A stretch of 62,962 bases of DNA, counting the filler, from Phoronis australis (lineage: Eukaryota > Animalia > Phoronida), in NCBI GenBank assembly GCA_002633005.1. It is 7 parts of 7 records of this genome, joined end to end, with 100 filler letters (N's around TTAATTAATTAA, not from the genome) between each part and the next. Parts side by side here need not be neighbours in the genome. Positions count along the whole stretch, not along the records: positions 12,576 to 18,736 come from NMRA01002215.1; positions 18,837 to 48,875 come from NMRA01000423.1; 5 more parts are not named here. The stretch is one strand, 5' to 3'. The notes beneath the pieces are model-generated. The model did no database searches. It saw only the letters and a list, made by a program, of their open reading frames with translations, and was not told the DNA's origin. This document shows positions 13,262 through 28,091 of the stretch, piece after piece. Made by a program: the position numbers and the translations under genes. Positions within the stretch are counted from its first letter, which is position 1. Every line of letters begins with the position of its first letter.

Positions 13262-14539
13262 GTAAGTTTTTAGCCATTAGTTTCTATTGACATCGTTCAG
13301 TGATGTTAACCCCAACAGTTATCTTTCTGAATAACAGGTTTATTCAGTGGAACCAAGTGTTTCTTTTCAGTAACTCACCCGGTACCCGGATGGTAGGCTA
13401 GCAGCACATATTGATTGTCCTGGGTAGGAGAGCTCCCAATATAAGAGGTGTATGGGACGCGCAGCTCAGAAGTCAAGGGTGAATTTTTCACAGCAGTTAC
13501 TCTTCAAAACTATGCTATGTCCAATAAAATCATCTAGATGAGTGAGTTTTTTATTTTATACCGGACCCTACCCCCAGGACTACCAGATTAGTTACCGAAT
13601 TAACCTGAATGATCTATTAAGTAAATTCGTAACATTGCATTGGAATAAATGTTGACATCAAGAATGAATTTTATTTGCTGAGATCAGAAACATATTTTTG
13701 GTGTCATGAAAAACACATATTTTAATTCACTTTTAGCCTGGTTCAAATATTTTGATTTAGATCTAAACTAAGGCTTGGGTACAAAGATTATTAGTTTCTA
13801 CATATAAATATGAAGATGAAATGTCAAGTATGTTCTGCCTTACAAAAGTAATTTATCTTATGTTTTCTTTTTTTAATTTGCTAATATTTCTCTGACTATT
13901 CTGTTACAGGTGAGAGAAAGCGAATGAAACCAGCCGCCTTATCGTCTGCTTTACCTTTCGACAAAGTGAAAAGCAGTCCTTCAGCAATAACCTTAGAGAA
14001 TTAAATCTCTCAATTCAGAAAGTCAGCATTTGATATCCCTGATTATGGACTCTGTTGCATTGAGAAAATTAAAATTGTTTTTAACATTATTGCTCTTTTG
14101 TATGTATGTGGTTGTTCAGTTTGCCATTTTGTGTTTAAATACACTGATTATTGTTTATTCTCGAATCTTGTGCATAGCAGATTCTAATCCAGCTAGCTGC
14201 GATTGAAAACATACTTTGCTTGCACGTAGTATTGGTAATCATTTTACCTTCATAAAGAAACAGTGCAGTTGCACTATATGGGGCTATAAAACTGAACAAA
14301 ATATTGCGGTTTGAATAATTAGTAACAAACTTGCCTGCAGATGAAAATTTATTCGATCATCAAAGAGTAACATTAACAGACTTTTTACTGCCAATAAGAC
14401 AATCGATGCAGTCACTGAAAAGTTTTTACCATTAGTACAAAGTATTTCTTCCGAAAGGAAAAACTGATGTCACTCAGTGAGGAAGGACAGGTATTTGTAC
14501 CAGATGCTTTTGGTTTTCATTTCACTGGGATCTAGTTTC

Positions 14540-15110
14540 AATGGCCTAAAGAAGCCCTGTAAAAAAGGTCCAGTTTTGGCAAGTGGCTTTCCTTCATGTA
14601 ACCGTATACAGCCTCAATGACATCCACAATTAGGTCCTTGAAGGTAAACAACATATCACTTGACTCGCTTTGTGCCCAAAATCTGACCCTGGACTAGACC
14701 AGAGTGCTACTAGGTCTTCTTTAGCTGCAGTCCCTCATGTTTCTTCCAGGAAAGGAAATAAACAAATATTGTCCACACATGACTCATTGCCTATGAAAGG
14801 GCATCCTCACCAACGAGGCTGGCTGGTGCAGCAGTCAGATATAGTTCCTCTTCACACACAAACAATCCAATGGCACATTGTAACTTAGTATTGCCATTCA
14901 TACTTCTNNNNNNNNNNNNNNNNNNNNNNNNNNNNNNNNNNNNNNNNNNNNNNNNNNNNTTAAAATCCTAAGGCACTATAGCTTGTGTATTGGCAGTAAG
15001 AATAATACGTTCAAATACGACTTCACTGGTATTTTCACAGCAAAAATGCAATTTTCACAAAAATGGCAGTCATATGAATTTATGAACGACTTGCAACATT
15101 CCAAGGCACG
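14540..15110 (-). pseudogene. YqaJ/lambda-exonuclease-like remnant
   Basis: Pieces IGLFVCEEELYLTAAPASLVGED, GLQLKKT, VQGQILGTKRVK*YVVY and FKDLIVDVIEAVYGYMKESHLPKLDLF follow the YqaJ motif order (GL.V..P.L.ASPDGLV, QVQGQL, FVVYT, LPKL..F). Many stops and shifts. Confidence 0.7.
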
Positions 15111-15716
15111 AGTTAAGACCGTTCATTCATTGAGAATTCAGAAAATGTAATATATTTTTCTATATTTATGGGTTTACAAAAGATAGCAAAACAGTTTCAT
15201 GAAACTTGAAGGAACTTCATGAAGGTTAAGAATTACCTCACCATGCTTTTTCCCCAGGACGTTTGCAGAAGCGATGCATGTCTCCCCTGCACGGCACTAG
15301 ACCTCAAGCCTGAAAACCAAAGGTCAGGTGAAAACGGACATGACAGGTAATAGATTTCCGGACGACATAGGATGGGGAGTAAGCAAATAATCTAATTGAT
15401 ATTTGTTACGTACCCTTTGGGTTTCTATTGTAATCTTTCCTCACTAACCAATATCGAGTTGACAGCATACGCATTTAGCATTGATTGATGTAACTGTCAC
15501 TGATAAATCTGTTAGAAATCAACCCAAACATTAATAATACTGCTTTGATGTACGAAAAGATCCCGAGTGCTACGTCAAATATCGTAACACTCATCACAAC
15601 AAAATTTAATCAACCCGACTGGCGACTGCCGCGAAGTCGACATCGGCCAGTACCTCAGTTGACAGGCAACAGGATTGTAAACATGGAATAATCGTTAAAA
15701 TAATCACAAATCTTAC

Positions 15717-15812
15717 CTTTCTATACGATCACACTCTCTTCCTCTCGCAGAAGCACCCTTTTCACGCAATCACAGATTCAACTGGAACAGCTGCAAGCCC
15801 TTTCAACATGCA
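15717..15812 (-). pseudogene. SAP-domain first-exon remnant of the YqaJ ORF
   Basis: QLNL*LREKGASARGRECDRIER followed by a gtaaga donor resembles SAP (L...L..RG....G.K.DLI.R). Confidence 0.55.
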
Positions 15813-18800
15813 TGTTTTAAAGGGCTAGCGAAATCGAGGCTGCTTAATCTATCACCACTAGTACACGTGCGCCCTCTAGTAATGTAAAGATTGTCTAACA
15901 GCTCCACTGATTTTACAAGGGAAGAAATTCCTCGTCTTCGTTTATTCACATCAAGAAAATTTTTTCAATACCCCAACAACACAACCTAATGGCCATCTTA
16001 GGAAATGCAGTGCGGCAATCGTGATCCTGATTTTTTCGGCCCTAAAAGTGATTTTGAAGAAAAATGTGTGAGAGCGAAAATGCCAAATTTCGAATGAATC
16101 AAAATTATAGAAAAATATTCTATTGTGTCGGGCCCCTTCACTTCCTCACGAAGTAAAACTCACAGTTATTTCGTGACGCAAATTTGCAACTCTCTTCCAA
16201 AGTTGCAACACATTTTTATCTTGTCCGTCACCCTGACCCAATAGGATCATTGTCAGCTGTAGCAGACCTGTTTTTGACCTGTGAATAATAAAAGAAAGCG
16301 ACCTCTAGCTATACTTACCAACAGCAGAAAACAGTGATGCAAAGTTTTTCAAGAAACACCATTTCAATCCCACTGGAAACTTTAGCATTTTCTCAGGATA
16401 GAAGTTGGCTTACATCTATCGTCTGCTACAACTTCTAGGTCTTAAGAAATGGACGTAAGTACTTCACATTTGCTTGTTGTTCGCCTATGTATATTCCACA
16501 TTCATAATTAGTAATCGATTATTGTATTTGAAAGATTTCTTGGACGAATTCAGAAACACAATGGGTTCGTGTGTTTGATACATTTGCCGGCTTCAGATTT
16601 CCCAGAGCAGCAGAGACGTCGTTGTGGGAAATTTATGAAAACAAATTAGCTTTGAAAAAAATACTTGCTACGTATTTACATCAGTTTTGAAATCAATTGG
16701 TTTATTCACACCTACCTCTAGCCTATTTATACAGACACGACGTTTCGGTTAGACATTTTTGCAGCTATCTCCAGGTATTAAGGTATTTTAAAAGACAGGG
16801 CACGAGTGTATGCTGACTATCTAATGGCCCCAAGCTCAATCCCTGCTTGCGCCAAAAAGCCGAAAAGATTTGCTCCTCATTGACCACCATGACAATATCA
16901 TATGCACCTGCTCGTTCTTCAAAGAATGCTGTAGCACCCAAACATGGCCGGAGAAATGGCTTACCGAAACTTTGAAGATAGGCACAATCTACTTGTGTAA
17001 ATAGAGTTTAGAAATGATGTTAGGCCTACTACATCGTCACATCAAAGCGGTTTTAGGAAGAAGACATTGCTACGCAATAACAATGGATATTTAACAAACG
17101 CTGAACATGTTAAATTGTTAATTCAAAATTCACCAATAGTCGTTAGTAACAAGAGGTTACGAGCAAAAACTACTAGCGTACCTTTTCAAAGCTCACGTGA
17201 CCTACGAAACAATTTTTCATTGGAAATAATGAATATAGTAGTAAAATACGAGCGAGGTCGCGGTCGTAATTACTGCACTTTCTCCAACGGCCCCATCTTA
17301 CATTATAAAGCGTGCGGTTACAGATACTAATTACGTTAAAACACCAGCTGGCCTGATCACGTTCATGACGCGATGACTTTTGTAAATACAGTGTTGTACA
17401 ATAAACAGTGTACAATAATCTTTTCAAATTGAATCAAGAAGATGACTTGTCTTAGTAAAGATATGAATATGCATCGGTGCACGTCTTGGGGATGATGTGT
17501 ATCCAGTGAAACGTGATAATACTTAACCCGTGTAAGTTTTACCCCGTGATAGCATCATTTCGATAAAAGACTCTCTCAGACCACACTTCACAATGGAGGG
17601 TGCTTTAGTTTGGATGTTTCAAGGTAAAGTGGTGTTGTCGTCTGTCGACACATGAGAACATATATATATTTTGTAACGGCACTTTTGGCAGATAAGAGCG
17701 ATGCCGCATTAACGCCCGTGAGTACTTCTGAATGGTGATCCCATTTTTGTGTTAGATTAATTCCACGTATGTAATTTTATATTCACACGAAGTCTGAAGG
17801 CTGTGTATACTCCCAGGGAAGCTTTACACCGTGTTTGCTTGCGTTTACATTACACAATACACTGCAATAAGTACATGTAAGTATACACTGGGATGTAATT
17901 GCTCTAATGAGTTGAAACAGTATCGTATAAACCGTGGTCAATCACAACGCAGCGTGAAAATAAATATTATTTGCATAGGCATGGGAAGAAAGTGGCACGG
18001 GGGAGCAACCCCGATGAAGTTGGGGACTAACTCCCTCCACTAAACAGGGCCGTAGGCGAGCGTACATGCACCCCGGTAATTTCAAAAGTGAGTATGGAAC
18101 ATTTGATGCGACCGGCGAAGGACGTGAGGGGATGAGTCGGGCGGAAAAGAAAACAGGAAAAATATGGATGAGACAAAGAATTAGTGAACATTCGTGAACT
18201 ACCAATATTGGAGAGAAAATGATTATTTTGTTCCGGGGCTCCCATTTTAGACACTTTTAGGCACATGCAAGTAGTTCGAAAAAACTTGTCATGCTCGGAT
18301 TTTCCAGAGTAAATAGAGTCAGATTTCTAAGTCCAAGAAAACATGGTTAGGGAATGAAAAACTGTATTTCCCCAAGGACACCCTCATGGCACGGGCTAGT
18401 GGATTCATCTGTCGTTTTCTTTACCAGTCTTTTTTGAAATTGTTTATCATTCGATACAAATCCAAGCTCTTGGAGTGGCTCAGCTGATGACATCTATGGT
18501 TACCCTTTTACTGTTTTTCTTATTTATTTTCGTTTTAAGGAACCACTCGCATAGGCGACCCTAATGATGGAATCAGTTGCCTCTCTTTTCCTGTATTTCT
18601 GAAAAAGGTGCAACATTTTATGTTAAGGAATTTGGCCTGGTGCTAGACAGAAGGTGAGTCGATATCGAAATCTACTGTCGCCCTTTTCCATTTTTAAAGA
18701 GAATCTGATAGTCTTTCACATTTGTTTAGAGTATTCNNNNNNNNNNNNNNNNNNNNNNNNNNNNNNNNNNNNNNNNNNNNTTAATTAATTAANNNNNNNN

Positions 18801-21800
18801 NNNNNNNNNNNNNNNNNNNNNNNNNNNNNNNNNNNNGCCCAAGTTATAAGCAATCACGGTGTGACAATAAAAGTATTTTTGCATGAATGACGTGCTTCTA
18901 AAAATATTCCTCTGGGTCAGACCCTGGAGTTTAGTGATTCCTACCTGAGCTCACACGAAGCAGGACGTTGAACCTTGACTTAACGTCTTTGGTCATTTTT
19001 CAGATCGACCTCTATCAGGCTCTATCAGATTTCTCCTCTAGTGTGCAGTGGATGTTCTCAGTGTCTTTGGCGACAGCAATATATCTGGAGTGTTGTAACG
19101 ATGATTCGGGCAAGTGAATCTAATACGGTAGATTATGTAGCTCCTGATGCACACCTGCCTCCGAGGCAGACACTGAGACAGACTACTTCTCAGGAGGACA
19201 CGTTCCACCTCCACATCAGCTCCACGTACTCTTATAAGGTGCTCAAATGTCTCGCCCTATGCCTTGTGCATTTCCCAAGAGTTTCCAAAGTTGTTTCTCT
19301 CCGCAATTTGTAGAAAAACCACATTCGATGCGACTGGCAGTGCCAGATAAATAGATAAATTCGCAAACCCGCACTTTAGGTCAGCCATCCAACTAACGCA
19401 TTGTAAGCTTTAGTTTGGTATTCAGACGAGTTGGATGAACAAATTTAGTGTAATTTCATATTTTAGTGGGAAATGCTAGTGTCCTTAAAATTAATTAAAA
19501 ACATTTAAGCAAACCGATTCTTTGAATTGTTGTATTATACCACGGCATATTAATGCGTAGAAACGGCGCACAACCAGTGACTGGTTTAACATGACAAATA
19601 CACATACGCGGTCTGAAAATAGTGAAATTCAGACACCTATTACCAAGCCTGCCTGAAGGGCTGACAAAGTTTTTATTATATTAATTTCAAGGGCATGGAG
19701 TCTTCTACATGTTCATGATATTATTTTTAGTTTTCTCGCGGGGGCAGCTTCGCTATAAGGGTACAACTTACTGCTGGTTTTTCACAAGAAGGAAATGTAC
19801 CTCCACGGAAACAGTTCCAGTGTTACCATGGTAACCGATATTGCAGTGTCGGTGCCGTTTTTACTGACATTGGTCATGAACCTATCACGTGATATCAAAA
19901 TTGTTCAGAAATGATTCTGTTAGAAGCAGAAACTGAAGTAGAAATTTGGTCAAAAAGGACTCATTCCACACCAAGNTAGAGAGTTACGTCTTTGCCAGAA
20001 CGATGAGGCCGACATGCATGCACGCGCCACCGTATATTGAACATTCGTCGACATGCTGTCAAGCTACATTAAGTCACACCTAGTCGTCACATGGAATACA
20101 CGAACTTAACATTTATCAATGGTGTTATAACAACAAGCACTGCCAATTTCATCTTTTAACTCCAAAACCATAACTTTGTGAACTATAAAACGTCCTGACG
20201 TACATGTACATGTAAGACAACGCGATGTCAAAGATTAAAGCGGCAATTATTCCGAGTTCCAACACAGAAGCCAACACCTGATTTAAATCGCTTACTGCCA
20301 TAAAATTGGTCTCAACTTGTTCCTTAATCGGATGAGAAATGATAGATCTCTGAGCTTGCAAAGAAATTAAAGTTCGCAATTCTTTGAGACCACGGTCAGC
20401 AGACAACATGACTCGTCTTAACAAGCCAACTTGCAGAATCTGGTCGACCAATCGCGCGACAACGAAATGAAAATTCCTTCGAAGATCAGAAATTTTAAAT
20501 CTTGTGTGGCTCTAGACCAGGACATAAAATGCTTGCTTGCATGCGTTCGTTTGGCTACTAAAGAAATCGAGGCCAAGGCTGAAATTGATGCAGACGGTAG
20601 TAATGTGAAGACGTTAATTCCAAGCAGGTTAGGCCAATGACGTAAATTGATAACACTGGTCATTCGTCTGATAATAGAGATGTTTTGTTTTTTCAAACGG
20701 AAATAACGAGTCACTGGATAACGAATAGCTGTAGTTCCGGCACTTCATGTTTTTCCATGTAATGCAAAGGATGAAAAAATACCCATGACCGTTTCAATAA
20801 GCCCGCAATTTTCGGCCAAGAAGTTTCATTTTCCTGTCGTGAGTCGTGATCCCAATAAATTCTGTCCGACGTAACAAGGTTTAGGCAGGGAAAAATGTCA
20901 TTTTCGTCTAAATTAGTGTCATTCGCAAACAACGTGAACCTGGTTTGACTAGCGCGGTTACACTCCGTGAGAAAGGTCGACGTGCTGACGAACAATAGGT
21001 CTGCACATCTATGTCACAGTTTACGCGTATGACTTTGCCGGACTCCGATGTAACAATAAATTTTGATACCGGTGGTAAAATGACCGGGACAACTTTTTCA
21101 ACGTCACAAAATGACCCCCTGTAGTTGCATTACCCATTTGCCCTTCGAGTCAGGGATATTCACTCGGTACTATTGTTTGTTTCATTTGGTAAAACAACTA
21201 TAAGTTAAAAACCTAACGATCATCCAGGTCTGACCTGTCTCAGACCCAGATTGACCTGATTACATGTATGCAGGTCACTACAACATGCACGAAACTACCA
21301 CCACAAAATTATTTAAGAATAAAGTAAAAAATAAATTAATCATTTTTGAGCAAGACTCGTTTTTAAGAATATGAGTACATCAGGAAACTTCTACTTACTT
21401 GGAAACCTATTTACCGAGGCACCGGTTTTTTAATTGAAAACTTCAGGGGCATTATACGGTGATATACGGTAATTGAATAGTTTTATTAATAAATTGCACG
21501 GCTACCAGTTTGCTTCGCTTTTCGTTTGCTTGATTTCATTTGCACTGGCCATCTTAGAGTATTAGCCACTCATTTTCCCAGGTAACCGCCTTTGATTTTT
21601 CTGTGTTTCGGTCCACTGAGCGTACTATTTAGCAAGGCTTACATAAGAAATCTTTGGCATTGTAGCATTAAGTACGTCACGACAGCTTCATTACATGCTT
21701 AGCTGAATTTGTGCAGCGATAACCACTGAAAAACGAAATATCATTTTGTAAAACTATCCCTTCGAGAGGGCTCGAAAAAGTTTTGGTATCACTGAGATAA

Positions 21801-24800
21801 GAAATATCAGGCGATTTCTTACGAATTTTTGAGCAACAAAATTAATAACTTTCTCATCACGCCAAGTTTCCGAAAAAAATATTCTCATTTTTCCCGACAC
21901 TTATTCGCGAAAACTTACAATACCTTCGCGCAGGGTTATTTGCCCACGACAATGGACTCTCAGAATTTTCTAAAGATTTTTGCCGCCATGTCAAATGTGT
22001 CACTACTCACATCTACCGGTGGACTATGAGAGTACCCATTAAAAAATATTTGTAACACACGACTTACAAATGATGAATAACTTTGGATATTAAAATATCC
22101 CTTTCCAATTTGAATTTTGGCTAAAATCGCTAATTTTTGTCCAGGAACTTGAACTTGAAAAAGTTGTCCCAGTCATTTTACTCATGACTATATTGCAGAG
22201 GTATTGATCGCGAAGATGACCAAAACATCACTTTCGTGATGCCTTTTGAACAATATCGTAAGTCAATAGCAAAATGTAACTACGATTTCATTACAACGAG
22301 TCGTATATCAGGAAACATAGCATTATGTTTCCAAATGTGCCACGTTCATGCTGGCCACTGCCCACGCCGGTTATTTTCTTTCGTTACGTAATCATAGACA
22401 GGTAATGACATAGAATGCGTTTTGGGAAAGGAATAATGTACAGGGCTACTCACCGACGGATATGGTAACCAGTGCGAGCGCTGTAAAGGCTTTCATTTCC
22501 AGAAACCGGTGATGTTCTAACTACTTCTGAGCGATATCCTGCACTGAAAAACTGAATAAAAAATGTTACGCAGGATCTTAGAAAAAAGGTCCAACTTGGT
22601 TAAGACAACAAAATGTCTCAGAAATAGCTAGTCGGGTTCAAATAATAGATTCCCTTAGATACTACGCTTTACACGATGTTCTCAAATACAGTTAGAAATT
22701 GTCTTAAAATCATTCGGCCTCTTATGCACGTATGCTTAAAAACATCTCCAGAATAGAGAGTCTCTTGGGATTGTTTTTGTCATCAATGACGTGGACAGTC
22801 CGTTCTGTAAGCGTACGTACGTACCTCACTTTGGGAATCCTACACGCTCTTGTGTACTTTACGTCAAGTAACGTTATTTGACTTCGTATACTGTACTTTC
22901 ATTTAGTAGCGAGAACCTTGTACCCCGACTTGACTACATCAGTTCAATATCTAGATCTACGCTATAAGCTTCAAATACTATCCATATGTTACGATTGCAC
23001 TTTTTCTAAATACAGTTAAAGTTTCTGCTCCATACGATTATATTCTATTCCAGGACCTGTAATCACAGTTTATTCTCTGAACCAATTAAACGTTCGTTGT
23101 TTTAAAATTCATTAAATGTTTAGGAAACATTCAGGGCAACAAATTTGTTAATTTTACACGGATGCATTTTTAATAAATAATGGGTTTTGTGTGAGCAAAC
23201 AGGAGTTTTTTTGGAAAATTGGGAAAACTCCGAACAATAAAGACCAAATAACACGCAATATTCAACTTTTAAAAACTTGAAAACATAAATTTTGATCACA
23301 TAGAAACCTTAAGAAAACTTAAGATGGTGCTGCAAAATTTAAGTTTTTGACGAAACTGAATACTTAAGTTATAAAAACTTAGTTTTTCGTAAGAACTTAT
23401 GAAGTATATAACTTATTTTCCAAAAACTTAACAGTCTTGGAACTAACTTACCAGTTTTTTGGTAGATAGAAAGCAACTCCTGGACCTTTGGCTTGGTCAG
23501 CGGTTAACAGATGAATAAAGATGCGGTCAATCGCAACCAGACCACGAGTCATTTACAAGACGTATCATATTGTTCAGCTCTAAAGAATTCGTCGTTCACG
23601 CGAATAGTGAGTTATACAGAAGTGATAGACATGTATTACCCAACTCTTTACACAATCGAACAGGTCTGTACTCGGGGGGAAGGGTTACCCAGTCTCTTAC
23701 ATGTAGCTACGAAAAACGGCAGCTGATGCTGTATTGAAAGTAGGTATACATGCAAATATAGTTCATACTCTTCTGGCTAAATCCACTGAACAAGCTTTCA
23801 CTTCGTCACTGTCAGGGATGGCACCAAAATCAGATAGGTTGCTTCCTATACGAGAGAGTAGTAAAACTCCTAGAAAATACCAGGATTTGACGGTTTATCA
23901 TCCGGGAGACTAAGTGCGGTGCATGCGACTTGCAAACTTGAAGGTGGCAGCGGGTATCGGATTAGCGGCTCAATTTGACAGATTCTGGCTTCACCCGACG
24001 GATAGTTTCCCGACTGGGTAACTTCCTGTGATCAACCATTTCAACCGGTTTTGCAACGGCGTGGCAATGCGAGAGATTTCACACAGCTATGCCGACTTTT
24101 GATTTTGTTTGAGAGAGCCAAAGTTTCTGATTCAAAGCTGCATACGAAAACAATGTTACTTAACTTCTACACAGACCTTGTTTTGGGCAAAGCCGGATTC
24201 ATCAGTTTCTCAAAGCACAGAGAAATCTGGAACCGAGCTGGTAATTGATTTTAGTTGGCGCCGTCCGCGATCACTGTTTATTAGCTAGGTTTACCCCCTC
24301 CACCATTTACAAAGCTTAAATCGCCCGGTCGCTGTCATTCACTCTCCCAGTTACCAGGATAATCGACGCTGCTACGAATTTTACCGAAACTTAGTCGATG
24401 TTTTACGAAGACCGGACGCCCTTGCGGCCGCGGCCCACATAATTTTAGCCTGGGCCTCACCACGCAAAGGCGGTCCTGAACTTTCTTTGACAGCCAGTAA
24501 AGGCTCTACGAATAAACGTTCACGAAATGATGACTTTGTCATACGTCACGGTTCTATAAAGCGAGCCTAAAACTCCCCGTAAACGGATGGGTGTCCATTA
24601 ATGGCTCCCGACTCGAGTGGACCCCGAGCCCATAATGCGAGCCGTCTGGGTGAAGTGCACCGCTATTGAGTACATGTACATGATAGAAACATAAAGCGTC
24701 TTTTGGTTGGTGCCTTGGGGCTCACTGTAACTTCGCCAGCGATCGAGTGACAGAAGATAACCCGAATGAGACATCCAGTGCGTTTCCTATGAGCGCAACG

Positions 24801-27062
24801 CATCCTTATTGGCCTTCACTGTATTTCGTGCTAAAGAAATTAAGCGCATTTACCCACATAATTTTCGAAACACAGCGGGGTTTCAAACTATAACTAGCCA
24901 TGAGGTATGTGTTAGTTGTTTCATTATTCTGTCTGGCAGTGCAGCGGCGGTCTCGAGTACGTATAGTCGATAAAATCTTGAATCGTGGATACAAATGTAA
25001 TGTTTTATATACGTAAGTACGCAAATCCTTAACCTGCGCTTCGAATTTCATCTCTCAAGAATGCAGATTAAAACAACTACGAAAATACTTGTTTTCAACT
25101 GAAGACATTACAGCGTTCTGTCATTCAGTAACTTTTCCACACGTGAGGGGTGCTGAACGTGCGATAACATCTGGATCTTTTGTTAACTGCCCAGCTCAGT
25201 CTTTTGTGCCGTATAATGATAATACAAACAAGCCAATTATCTCCCAGGCTTCAAAGGAAACGTATGGGGGTTGCACACTATTACCGAATGCGTATGACCA
25301 GTCAAACCCAGTGCGCCCGTTTGGACAGAATAGTTTGTCTTAACTTCTGTTGTAGTTGGGCGATTTTGGTGATTCAAAAACGGAACATGGTCAGCATTTG
25401 ACGAGGAATTCAGAAATGCTATTGGTTTAAGGTCAAATATGTTATAACTTAATTTTCATTTTTATCAGCCCAGACCAGTCAGTCTAGATACATGTACGAT
25501 CTGATCGGAGATTAGAGCAATTATCGAACAAAAGAGCGCAGGCCCTCCAACCATAAATGCCAGAATACGGTTAATAAGTCGGGTAAGATATTGGCTACGG
25601 GGGTAAACTTCCCAACTTCTTGTTGGGCTATAGAATCGAACAAGTTGGGAGCAACGGGATGTCGCCGTCATGAAGTAAAGACTTCACCGTCTAATTTTCA
25701 GCCCTTAGGTCGGTCGCTTGTCGCACTTTACTTTGTACCGAGTATGTGGACGCTGAGGTCTCCGGTCACATTTCCGATAAATCATGACAACTTCCCTAGT
25801 TTTGGGTGACAATTTGAAGTACGATGTACTTTTGCCAGACAAGGATTGCAATTACATTGATTAAAGTGAATTCTTTGGGACTATCTGATTGCACTTTGTG
25901 GATCGGACCCCGCCTTTTTCCCTTGATGTCAGTCATATCAAATTTAGAATTTTCAAAGTGCTGCCTTGGGCCACCCTTTTTAAAAATCCTTGATCCAATT
26001 CTCTCTTTTAAAAAGCCTGGATCCGCCTCTGCCCTTTGCTATGGATATTGTTATTTTCCAGAGGCCAATTTCTTTAACAACCGTAAGCATGTTTTCAAAT
26101 GTCTCGTGTTTACGGAAACATACATTGCATGCATCAGGGTCCAGTTCTTACTTTCTGAAGAAATGAGTCTAGTTCTGAACTATAGAAAGTCCTACAGTGC
26201 AACCAATGCAGTGAGCTATCCATGGTTTATTCAAAGCTACATAATAGATGTTTACCCACTTTTTATCTATCAGAAAACCTTTACCTGCATTTTACGGATA
26301 GATGGTTGGTATAATTAGCTTATCACATTTCTTGTAAATGTCACTGGTCATGAATTTTTACTGAATAATGTAATTGTATCAAACGGCACCGAAGGTCAAA
26401 TTTATTTATAAAGATTTGGCTGAATGCCTGACATAATTATTCACAGCAACTGTGAGGGATCCATATTCTAAAACTTTTGTCATGTAAACTATTGAATACA
26501 ACAAGTTACAATATAGAAGTCAGAAATCTTGTTCCTTGGTTGGATGACTGATCTGCAGTGTCTAATGATAGAAAAAGACCCCAAAGACTAGTGTAACACA
26601 TAGACTTATGCCTGTCGGTCTTGAACAGTCACCTCCTCAGCCAATAACAATGCACTTCAAACCTCCCTTTTGCTCAACAAACCACCAATATTCCCTCCGC
26701 CATCGCCTCCAAAAATGAACTCACATTCAAGCTTTTTGCGATTATAAAATGATTTTTATAAATTACTATTCCAATACATCAATTCATGACACAAAGCACG
26801 TGACAAAACAATGTTCTTATCGAACCAATAACCACTGAGGTTCGGAACTTTGTGCTCAAGAATCACAACAAATCACGTTGCACAGTCCATTGATCATGAG
26901 AAAATGTACTATCTACAATAATAACAACAATTATAATTAATAAGAAAATGAAGGAATAAACTGTCAAGGTGTCGGTGAAAATAATAACAAGAACATAACT
27001 GAGCACTATTTGATTCGCCTCAGTCAGCAGGGACAGTATTAATCAGCATATGCAATGTTGTG

Positions 27063-27318
27063 AATATTACCCTCACACCACCACTGTTCATTTCATCCAA
27101 TCACAAGATGCCAATGTTACCCTCACACCAGCACTGTTCATTTCATCCAATCACAAGATACCACATATTACCCTCACACCACCACTGTTCATTTCATCCA
27201 ATCACAAGATGCCACATATTACCCTCACACCACCACTGTTCATTTCATCCAATCACAAGATGCCAATGTTACCCTCACACCAGCACTGTTCATTTCATCC
27301 AATCACAAGATACCACAA
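27063..27318. repeat. ~50-bp minisatellite downstream of the PXMP4 stop (likely 3' UTR), 5 copies
   Basis: TTACCCTCACACCA(C/G)CACTGTTCATTTCATCCAATCACAAGAT(G/A)CCA units. Confidence 0.9.
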
Positions 27319-27842
27319 AGTCTACACACGCTTCTTCAAAATCAACAGAAGCAACATGTCCAATCTATACTAACAAAATTTACTAAAAGTCAACAAACCG
27401 TCAAAAAGTAAATACCTAAGGATGACATGACAGCTCTATTGTTAAGTACAAGAGTGTGGTAAGACTGGTTCTTTGTGCTCACACTAATAAGTGACAATGT
27501 GCCTGAAAATCTGCAACACCTGAGAGTCTAGTTCCTGAACTCAAAATCGACTCAAAATGCGACCAATCCGGCTGGACACACATTGAGTAAACTTTCATCC
27601 TTGTACTTGAGTTACATGTATGTCTCTATTGCTTAGGTTCTGTCAAACCTTTCAGCTAAGATGAAGAAAGACATCATACCAGTCGTTACCAGCTTTATGT
27701 TAATGAAACTGAGGGAAACAAAATGTCTGTCTTGTGGAGCTTGATCTGATCGAGTACATTGAATTATGGACAATTTACTCAACTGGACATCAGATGATTT
27801 CGTCCTCAAACAGGTAGAAACGACATTAAAATCTTTGTCACA

Positions 27843-28091
27843 TTAGCGATTGTATAGTAAAAAATCTCGTATAGATGTCCAAATATTACTGTCATCGTAT
27901 AGATATTCCATGGAAGAACGTAGGGACGGCTGCAGGGTTTCTCTCTCATGTTCAAACAACCACAGCACAATTCCCCATACAGCAGCAGCAAACAAAGGGA
28001 ACGGACTCTGCTTGGGCTCAGGCAAATAACCTTCTTTCACACCATATCGCGCCAATCCTAATAGTATTCGCGACAACAGGTACAGGTTTAT
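27843..28091 (-). CDS. PXMP4: PXMP4 terminal exon 4, second identical copy (probable assembly duplication)
   Basis: Same translation as 29417-29665, offset 1574 nt, inside a duplicated block abutting a single N at 28740. Confidence 0.75.
   Translation of the reverse strand: MNLYLLSRILLGLARYGVKEGYLPEPKQSPFPLFAAAVWGIVLWLFEHERETLQPSLRSSMEYLYDDSNIWTSIRDFLLYNR

Larger units (their letters stand above)
12947..15905. mobile_element. Degenerate ISL2EU-like (PIF/Harbinger-related) DNA transposon
   Basis: Imperfect TIRs (ggggctattcgac vs ggagctgttagac) plus a perfect internal 15-nt inverted pair TGTACTAGTGGTGAT (12984-12998 / 15851-15865). THAP remnant on +, SAP and YqaJ remnants on -, convergent. 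Confidence 0.65.

Noticed and set aside
18540-19313. Two exon-like segments with good splice signals on the + strand
   Set aside because: No frame gives a recognisable stop-free protein, and an artificial linker separates them.
20149-20995. Cluster of overlapping 70-100 aa ORFs
   Set aside because: No recognisable motif, splice structure or consistent strand.
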